Shown here in pieces: positions 57,013 to 64,000 of a stretch of 64,000 nt of DNA. The translations under genes and the position numbers were made by a program. Position 1 is the stretch's first letter; each line of letters starts with the position of its first letter. This DNA is from Anaerolineae bacterium. Lineage in GTDB: Bacteria > Chloroflexota > Anaerolineae > Aggregatilineales > UBA3940. The notes below the pieces were generated by a model. The model had not been told where the DNA came from. It searched no databases and saw nothing but the letters and a program-made list of their open reading frames with translations. Location: contig DAOTXW010000068.1 in assembly GCA_034435035.1 (NCBI GenBank), positions 25,643-89,642 of the forward strand, written 5' to 3'.

Positions 57013-58668
57013 TCAGGCCCGCTCACCGATGATTCCCGGGATGGGCGTCAGCTTCCCCTCCTCAGTGCGCCACACCTCATTCCTGAACCCTGCACTGGCC
57101 GACAGCGTGGAACAGAATGCCGCTCCGATCCTCTCTTGCTGACGAAGATGGGACATATAGCGTATATACTGTCCGGCCTTGGTTGCCGGATCAGCGGATG
57201 GAGAAGGATTGCAGAATTCCGTGATGAGCAGCAGTTTCCCGGGCCAGAGCTGACGGTAGTACTGATATCCAAGTCCGCCGTCAACAGCCATCATAGTCTC
57301 TTCATCCTGCCAGTAGCAGTGGCAGCCGATCCAGTCTGCCTGATCCACCACGAGGCCTGCACTCTCCAGAAATGCCCGATGATCGGCCCGCATTCCGGCC
57401 GTTGCGCCTGGCGACAGCCCTGGCCAGCCATAGCGGGCATCCGGGAAGTGCAGCCGGAGCAGTCCCACGACCTCCAGAAACCATTCTGCGAATGCCCTGC
57501 CAGAATCCCAGCTCAGGCCGTAGCCTTCGGGCCGGATATTCGGCTCATGATGCACTTCGAAGTAGCGCACACCTTGCTGATAGAAGCGCTCAAGGTCTCC
57601 AATCACCTGACTGGCGAACGCAGCCGGAGTGACACGCCGGCTGCGAAAATCGGCGCTAAGCTGAACGAGCAGAAATAACTCCGGATTCATTTGGAGAGCG
57701 CGAGCAGCATCCACGGGCGCAGATGAAGAGGTCAGCTTGAGGGCTTCGATACGGGCCACCCGGGCTGCCTCCCAGTCGGCGTCTTCCATTGGGCCATCGA
57801 CGCGAGCCTGCAGCCCGAACAGGCAGTGCGGGTATGCCCAGTCGTCTGCCGAACCCGGGAGTCGGCGCCTCTCGGGCGGCAGAACGAGATAGGGTGTTGG
57901 ATCAATGATATCGTTCGGGTATGGCGTCCACCCCTGCGCCGTGGCACCCTCCTGCTTGAGCGTGAGATGCACATGGCTTCCCACCGCGTTGCCTGTGCTG
58001 TTTGCCAGACCGATCGTATCGCCGGCCCGGACGCGGGTTCCTGCGGTGACCAGCGCCCGATTCAGGTGGGCATAGGTGGTCGAATAGCCATCCTCATGGC
58101 GGATTCGAACATGAATCCCGTAGGGATGCCCACTACTGCCATCATGAACCAGATAGACGATTCCCGCTGCACAGGCATAGACTCGACTGTTGATGGGAGC
58201 GCGGAAATCGATTCCCTCGTGGCCGGGTAGCCCCCATCGCCGGTAGATCTGGGGGCTTTCCCCGAAGCTCTGAGTAACCTCGCGATAGTCCGTTGGCCAC
58301 TGAAGCTCCAGCCGCCCGCGTGAAGCACCGGCCGACAGGCGCGGGCCAGCCAGCCGAGTTCCCTGCTCCATCCGCCGGAGCAGCAGCGTGCGGAGGGCAT
58401 CCGGTTCGGCTGCATCGATCAGGTCGATCTGCGCTGCAGGGGCTGCAGCGCGCAACCAGTCACGGATGTCCCCATAACCTTCATACGGTTCCACGCCTCC
58501 GATGACCACAGAGATGATCTGCCGTGGGTAATGGTATTGGGCGGCATTCTCCGGCGAAGGCGTCACCAGAATGCCATACTGCAGTGCATATTCACGGGCG
58601 GCTCCTACCCACGCCCAGTAGTTCTGCACTGGCAGCAGCAGCACATGGGGAGTCTCGTGATCAGACAT
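57013..58668 (-). CDS. Bifunctional-looking hydrolase: uncharacterised N-terminal module + M23 (LytM) metallopeptidase + clan GH-A glycosidase; no signal peptide
   Basis: 551 aa. M23 motifs: GHEGIDF, GYSTTYAHL, GSHVHL. GH-A motifs: YFEVHHEPN and LLLITEFCN, paralogous to the 9862-11436 catalytic domain. Confidence 0.75.
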   Translation of the reverse strand: MSDHETPHVLLLPVQNYWAWVGAAREYALQYGILVTPSPENAAQYHYPRQIISVVIGGVEPYEGYGDIRDWLRAAAPAAQIDLIDAAEPDALRTLLLRRMEQGTRLAGPRLSAGASRGRLELQWPTDYREVTQSFGESPQIYRRWGLPGHEGIDFRAPINSRVYACAAGIVYLVHDGSSGHPYGIHVRIRHEDGYSTTYAHLNRALVTAGTRVRAGDTIGLANSTGNAVGSHVHLTLKQEGATAQGWTPYPNDIIDPTPYLVLPPERRRLPGSADDWAYPHCLFGLQARVDGPMEDADWEAARVARIEALKLTSSSAPVDAARALQMNPELFLLVQLSADFRSRRVTPAAFASQVIGDLERFYQQGVRYFEVHHEPNIRPEGYGLSWDSGRAFAEWFLEVVGLLRLHFPDARYGWPGLSPGATAGMRADHRAFLESAGLVVDQADWIGCHCYWQDEETMMAVDGGLGYQYYRQLWPGKLLLITEFCNPSPSADPATKAGQYIRYMSHLRQQERIGAAFCSTLSASAGFRNEVWRTEEGKLTPIPGIIGERA

Positions 58669-58799
58669 CGCGCAGCCTTCTTGAGGCGGTCAATCGTTCC
58701 ACCCTGAGGTTGAGTGCCCGATCAGCGGGCAGCCCCAAGTGGTTATGATAGTAGAGCCGGGCATCAGCGTCAACCACCCTGCTGGCCGGGAGAGGCCGG

Positions 58800-58828
58800 T
58801 TGCCCGGCCAGCCCGGTACCTGTATAAT
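58800..58828 (+). promoter_or_regulatory. Candidate promoter for the zinc-ribbon membrane protein gene
   Basis: TTGCCC (58800-58805) - 17 nt - TATAAT (58823-58828). Confidence 0.35.
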
Positions 58829-58836
58829 CGCGACCC

Positions 58837-59418
58837 GTGCCTGAGCACGCCCGGAACGGGAGGTCTGGCTTGCCTTTCAATCTGCTGGTCGACTTCGAGC
58901 GGTTGAGCGGCGTTCTGGTTGCCGTGGTTTCGCTGGCTGCTGCGGTTGGAACAGCCCTGTGGATATCCATGATCATCTGGACGTATCGCGATATGCGATC
59001 GCGCTCGCGGGATGTGTTTGCCCAGATACTGGCCGCAGCGGTTGTCGCGGTGCTGAGCGTGCCCGGTCTGCTCGTTTATCTGATTCTGCGCCCCCGCGAG
59101 ACTCTGGCCGAGCAGTACGAACGCGCACTGGAAGAAGAGGCGCTGCTTCAGGAAATCGAGGAAAAGAAGGTTTGCACAGGCTGCGGCCACCCCACCCGCG
59201 AAGGCTGGGTTATATGTCCGTACTGCCACACGCGGCTGCGCAAGCCCTGCCAGGTCTGCGGCCAACTCCTTGAACTGCCCTGGAGCGTGTGCCCGTACTG
59301 CGAGCATCCGCAGAGCGACCTTCCCTCCGCGCGGCGCGCCGCAGGCTCAGCGCCGGATCCGCGCGTTGGATCGACCTCCTACCTGGACGATCAGCCGGAG
59401 GGCGGCTTTCCCACCTGA
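58837..59418 (+). CDS. Membrane protein with PLD-N-like TM hairpin and a double zinc ribbon
   Basis: 193 aa. WISMIIWTYRDMRSR, then CTGCG...CPYC...CQVCG...CPYC. The start is uncertain: GTG 58837 is nearly leaderless, or TTG 58870 is preceded by GGGAGG at 58858-58863. Confidence 0.6.
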   Translation: MPEHARNGRSGLPFNLLVDFERLSGVLVAVVSLAAAVGTALWISMIIWTYRDMRSRSRDVFAQILAAAVVAVLSVPGLLVYLILRPRETLAEQYERALEEEALLQEIEEKKVCTGCGHPTREGWVICPYCHTRLRKPCQVCGQLLELPWSVCPYCEHPQSDLPSARRAAGSAPDPRVGSTSYLDDQPEGGFPT

Positions 59419-59423
59419 GATCG

Positions 59424-59462
59424 CTGCGGGCCAGCGATGCAGCAGGGGGCGCTGGCCCGCAG
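59424..59462. terminator. 13-bp GC-rich hairpin between convergent genes (terminator-like, no clear U-tract)
   Basis: CTGCGGGCCAGCG (59424-59436) / CGCTGGCCCGCAG (59450-59462) with a 13-nt loop. It lies between the zinc-ribbon gene stop (59418) and the eno stop (59480). Confidence 0.45.
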
Positions 59463-59479
59463 GCACGCGGTGCGATTCC

Positions 59480-60787
<1,308 letters not shown>

Positions 60788-61060
60788 TCAGGGATTATCC
60801 AGACAAGAGGAGATGCCGGGAGACTCCCCGACCCGCGGGGATATCTCCACAGCCGATCATAGTACAGCAACGCTGGCCGAACAAGAGGAAAAAGGCTCAG
60901 TAATGACATTCTTCATCCCAAAAGGGTGTATCCGTTGGAGAGGCCGTAACGACCGGGTGATCCAGACAGCCCGAACCACGGCGGTCAGAGGCAAAAGCAG
61001 GCAGCCCGTCAAGTGACCGGTGACACGCTCCGCATTTGCCCATGGAGACATGCAGTCATG

Positions 61061-61105
61061 CCCCTGTTCCACCCGTCCCCGGCCCCTTCCACCTCCCCCT
61101 GCCCC
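61061..61105. repeat. Clustered C-runs on the plus strand (G-runs on the minus strand) with G-quadruplex / i-motif potential
   Basis: Six runs of 3 or more C within 45 nt: 61061-64, 61072-74, 61077-80, 61083-86, 61095-99, 61102-05. Confidence 0.6.
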
Positions 61106-61109
61106 GTGG

Positions 61110-61139
61110 TTGGCGCAGCGGTGCCGTGCACGCTAAAAT
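61110..61139 (+). promoter_or_regulatory. Candidate promoter for mnmA
   Basis: TTGGCG (61110-61115) - 18 nt - TAAAAT (61134-61139). Predicts a ~50-nt leader containing the ATTCCCT/AGGGGAT hairpin. Confidence 0.3.
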
Positions 61140-61194
61140 CCGATTCCCTGCGGTAGGGGATTCGACGGACCTGGCAGTGGGCGCGGGTTGACAT

Positions 61195-62304
61195 ATGAGC
61201 ACAGACAAGCAGCGCGTCGCCGTGGCAATGAGCGGCGGTGTTGACAGTTCGGTGGCAGCAGCCCTGCTGGTGAAGCAGGGCTTCGATGTGTTTGGGATCA
61301 TGCTGCGCCTGTGGTCAGAGCCCGGCCTTGCCGCCAGCAGACGAGACAACCGATGCTGCACCCGCGACCAGATGCTGGACGCGCACTTTGTCGCACAGAG
61401 GCTGGGCATTCCCTTTGAGGTCATTGATGCCCGCGACGTGTTCAAGGCCGAGGTGGTGGATCGCTTCATTGCCAGCTACAGCGCCGGCAATACCCCCAAC
61501 CCGTGCCTGGCGTGTAACCGGCATATCCGCTTCACCCTGCTACTCAATGAGGCGCTGTCGCGCGGCGCAACCCATCTGGCCACCGGTCACTATGCACGGG
61601 TCACTCGAAGCGCATTGGGGGAATACGAGCTGTACTGCGGTGCGGATTCTGCCAAGGATCAGAGTTACGTGCTCAGTGTATTGACACAGCAGCAGCTGGC
61701 ACATGCCCTGTTCCCGCTTGGCGATTACACCAAAGCAGAAGTGCGCGGCCTGGCCGAAAGTTTTGGTCTACCTGTAGCTGGCAAGCGGGAGAGCCAGGAT
61801 CTGTGCTTCGTGATGGATGGAGACTACCGCCGCTTTCTCAGGGAGAGAGCGCCCCGGGCCAGCGAGCCCGGGCCGATTCGGCGACGTGAAGGTACCGTGA
61901 TTGGGCAGCATACCGGCCTCGCCAACTACACCATTGGCCAGCGCAAGGGGATCGGCATCAGCGCGCCTGAGCCGTTGTATGTGCTGAGTAAGGATGGGCT
62001 GACGAATTCACTGATCGTCGGCGTGCGGGATGAGCTGGGAGCTGACTACTTCCGGGCTGGGGAGATCAACTGGATTTCCGGGCGCCCACCGCGGGAGCGC
62101 TGCCGCCTGGCCGTCAAGACACGATACAAAGCCCAGCCCATCGCTGCAGATGTCGTGGCTGTGGGTGATCAGGAGGCTGAGGTGTGGCTAGAAGCCCCCA
62201 TCTCTGATATTACACCGGGTCAGGGCGCAGTCTTCTACGACGGTGACCGAGTCATCGGGTGCGGGATCATCAGCGCCGCTAACGGCCGCCCAGCATCCAG
62301 GTGA
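61195..62304 (+). CDS. mnmA: tRNA 2-thiouridine(34) synthase MnmA
   Basis: 369 aa. PP-loop AMSGGVDSSVAA, with catalytic Cys context NPCLACN and QDLCF. Confidence 0.92.
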   Translation: MSTDKQRVAVAMSGGVDSSVAAALLVKQGFDVFGIMLRLWSEPGLAASRRDNRCCTRDQMLDAHFVAQRLGIPFEVIDARDVFKAEVVDRFIASYSAGNTPNPCLACNRHIRFTLLLNEALSRGATHLATGHYARVTRSALGEYELYCGADSAKDQSYVLSVLTQQQLAHALFPLGDYTKAEVRGLAESFGLPVAGKRESQDLCFVMDGDYRRFLRERAPRASEPGPIRRREGTVIGQHTGLANYTIGQRKGIGISAPEPLYVLSKDGLTNSLIVGVRDELGADYFRAGEINWISGRPPRERCRLAVKTRYKAQPIAADVVAVGDQEAEVWLEAPISDITPGQGAVFYDGDRVIGCGIISAANGRPASR

Positions 62305-63043
62305 TGATTTGTTCTCCCCATAGCAGCATCAGCGCTGCCGCCGCGACTATAGCGGGGCCATAGGGAATCGCCAGATGCGGGTCATGGCGACGCACAACAA
62401 CCAGCCTGGCGATGAGATAGATGAATGCCATCGCTCCGCCGATCAGCACCATCAGGACGAGCATATAGACAACAGCCGGATACCCTACCACAAGGCCGCA
62501 GAATGTGGCCAGGGTGACATCTCCAAACCCGAAGGCGACCTCCCGCACAGGCTCAGCCTTGCGCGCATTGACTAGAGACAGGTACACCGCCCCCAGCAGG
62601 AACACCGCCATCACGGCTATCTGCCCCACAGCATAGCCAACCAGGGCGTCCGCCAGCGAGATGCGGCGCGTTATTGCGATCTCGACGAGCGCCAGCACAA
62701 AGGCCGGCAGCATGATGACATTTAAGATCAAACGGTGCTCTATGTCGATCACAGCGATCAGCAAGAAAAGCGCAAGATAGAGAATAATCGCCCAGGAAGG
62801 GGCGCCGCCGTCTGCACGGGCAGCTGCCACAGATGCGGCTGTGAGCGCGACAAGGACCATAAGAAATCGGGGAGATGCCAGCCTGCTGAAGAACCCCGGC
62901 GCCGGCGCTGGCGTCTGCTGAGACTCCGGATCCTGAAGATCATTGGCATCGTCCATCCGATGCCGTGGCAGGACATCGGCAAGGATGTTGATGACTATCG
63001 CAAGGATCACGCCTGCTGCTGCAGCCAGAACTATCGTGGCCAT
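62279..63043 (-). CDS. A24-family prepilin-peptidase-like aspartic protease (no N-methyltransferase domain)
   Basis: 254 aa, polytopic. Contains DIEHRLILN and GFGDVTL, the two Asp motifs of A24 peptidases. Confidence 0.7.
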   Translation of the reverse strand: MATIVLAAAAGVILAIVINILADVLPRHRMDDANDLQDPESQQTPAPAPGFFSRLASPRFLMVLVALTAASVAAARADGGAPSWAIILYLALFLLIAVIDIEHRLILNVIMLPAFVLALVEIAITRRISLADALVGYAVGQIAVMAVFLLGAVYLSLVNARKAEPVREVAFGFGDVTLATFCGLVVGYPAVVYMLVLMVLIGGAMAFIYLIARLVVVRRHDPHLAIPYGPAIVAAAALMLLWGEQIITWMLGGR

Positions 63044-63172
63044 AGGACCTCGCCGGACGAAACAGGATCAAAGACGTAGAGACCTATTCTACCACACGTA
63101 CACGCGCTTATTGCCGGCTCTCAGACGGAGTGCTACACTGCTGCCATCACTCACTGCGCCGGGGAGCGATCG

Positions 63173-64000
63173 ATGCGCTATCCTACAGCAACCATTTGTC
63201 TTGCCGTATCTCTGCTGGCGCCTGTGCTTGCTGCCTGCCGAGCGCCAGCAGCCTCACCAACGACTATTGAGGATCCTTACGGGGTGATAGAAATCCAGCC
63301 TTTTCAGGACATACGCGTGGCGCTGGTGAGTGCCAGTGGCGATGATGGAATCGGCTCTGAAGGTATTGAATTGCTGAGGGGGGCACAGCTGGCTGTTGAA
63401 GCCTATGGCAGTATCAAGTCATTCGACGTAGAAATTGAGAGCATCAATGTGCAGTGTTCAGAGGCAGGGGGCCGATCCATGGCGCTGATTGCAGCCGCCG
63501 ACAACCGTATTGTTGCTGTGTTGGGCCCTCACTGCTCTGAAGCCTGTGCTGCCAGCCTGCCGCTGTTGGATGACGCCGGCCTGACAGCGATTTCCCCGGC
63601 CTGCAGCGCCCCTCTTTTGACAGATTCCGCTGCTCACAATGATGCATTTTTGCGCACCATCTACAACGACACTGTGGAAGCAGAAACAGCCGCGCAGTTC
63701 GCCTATCTGGAGTTGGGAGCCCGCCGCGCGGCGATCATCCATGACGGGACGCTGGACACAGAGCCCCTTGCGTCTGCCTTTGCCGCGGCATTCGGGGCAC
63801 TCGGGGGAAATATCGCGGATACGCTGACTATCGAGCGGGGAAACGCTGATTGGTCAACAATCCTCTGGGCCATCTTGGCGGCTGATGTTGACCTGATCTA
63901 CGCACCCCTGCTCGCCGATGATGGGGTTCGACTGGCGCAGGCACAGAGGGTATCCGAGCTGTCCGAAGTCCCGCTTCTGGGGGGACGACACTTTGCGAGT
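63173..64000 (+). CDS. Periplasmic-binding-protein type 1 (LivK-like) ABC substrate-binding lipoprotein; 3' end outside the window
   Basis: ATG 63173 with a GGGGAG SD. MRYPTATICLAVSLLAPVLAAC (lipobox), then IRVALVSASGDDG...AVLGPHCSEA...FLRT, typical of Peripla_BP_6. The frame stays open to the window end. Not in the ORF track. Confidence 0.7.
   Translation, partial: MRYPTATICLAVSLLAPVLAACRAPAASPTTIEDPYGVIEIQPFQDIRVALVSASGDDGIGSEGIELLRGAQLAVEAYGSIKSFDVEIESINVQCSEAGGRSMALIAAADNRIVAVLGPHCSEACAASLPLLDDAGLTAISPACSAPLLTDSAAHNDAFLRTIYNDTVEAETAAQFAYLELGARRAAIIHDGTLDTEPLASAFAAAFGALGGNIADTLTIERGNADWSTILWAILAADVDLIYAPLLADDGVRLAQAQRVSELSEVPLLGGRHFAS

Noticed and set aside
56002-57678. 558-aa ORF on the plus strand
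   Set aside because: It is entirely antisense to two well-supported minus-strand genes (55699-56982 and 57013-58668). Its Arg/Pro/Gly-rich composition has no motifs, which is typical of a GC-driven open antisense frame.
60930-61040. Possible SRP RNA domain IV (GGTCAGAGGCAAAAGCAGGCAGCC)
   Set aside because: It only loosely resembles GGUCCGGAAGGAAGCAGCC. There is no GNAR tetraloop helix and no complementary 3' strand that I could fold by eye. An Infernal scan is needed, so no call is made.
61148-61194. Possible tmRNA (ssrA) gene, because of GGGGATTCGACGG and GCGCGGGTTGAC
   Set aside because: The segment runs straight into the mnmA start codon (61195), whose PP-loop N-terminus is complete. There is no room for a ~350-nt tmRNA, no tag reading frame, no matching acceptor 3' strand and no completed T-arm. 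It is kept only as a leader hairpin.

Overview
Visibly GC-rich, densely coding bacterial chromosome segment with about 50 genes on both strands. Most are housekeeping: hflX, trmFO, gyrA, rpoC, prfB, ftsY, moaC, fabF, rnc, miaA, lepA, tlyA, rseP, eno and mnmA. The rest are envelope and signalling genes: GT-C glycosyltransferase, GH3, LysM-glycosidase, M23 peptidase, Hanks kinase, FHA regulator and a peptide-type ABC importer. I found no rRNA, tRNA, CRISPR array, transposase, or recognisable phage or defence cassette. The long ORFs antisense to strong genes are GC-driven artefacts. Gene content suggests a Chloroflexota-like monoderm, by inference only: an MVK/IPK/decarboxylase mevalonate cluster without phosphomevalonate kinase, a large beta-prime insertion, and rpoC unlinked from rpoB. 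The ORF track needs several corrections. prfB needs a +1 frameshift join. N-terminal extensions should be trimmed for moaC, lepA, the peptide SBP, the S1 protease, rseP, tlyA, mvk, the decarboxylase and acyP. Two unlisted partial CDSs sit at the window edges. No single obvious novel system is present. The best candidates are: (1) a MoaD-MoaE-threonine-synthase-like triple fusion; (2) an MtaD-type deaminase fused to a CYTH domain, next to an FHA-wHTH/Hanks-kinase pair with interlocked promoters; (3) a signal-peptide-less M23 + glycosidase enzyme and its neighbour, which share an uncharacterised module; (4) an atypical solitary tyrosine recombinase with three CTAYACGAA sites upstream; (5) a tandem internal duplication inside GyrA. 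All promoter and terminator calls come from reading the sequence by eye and are moderate to low confidence.
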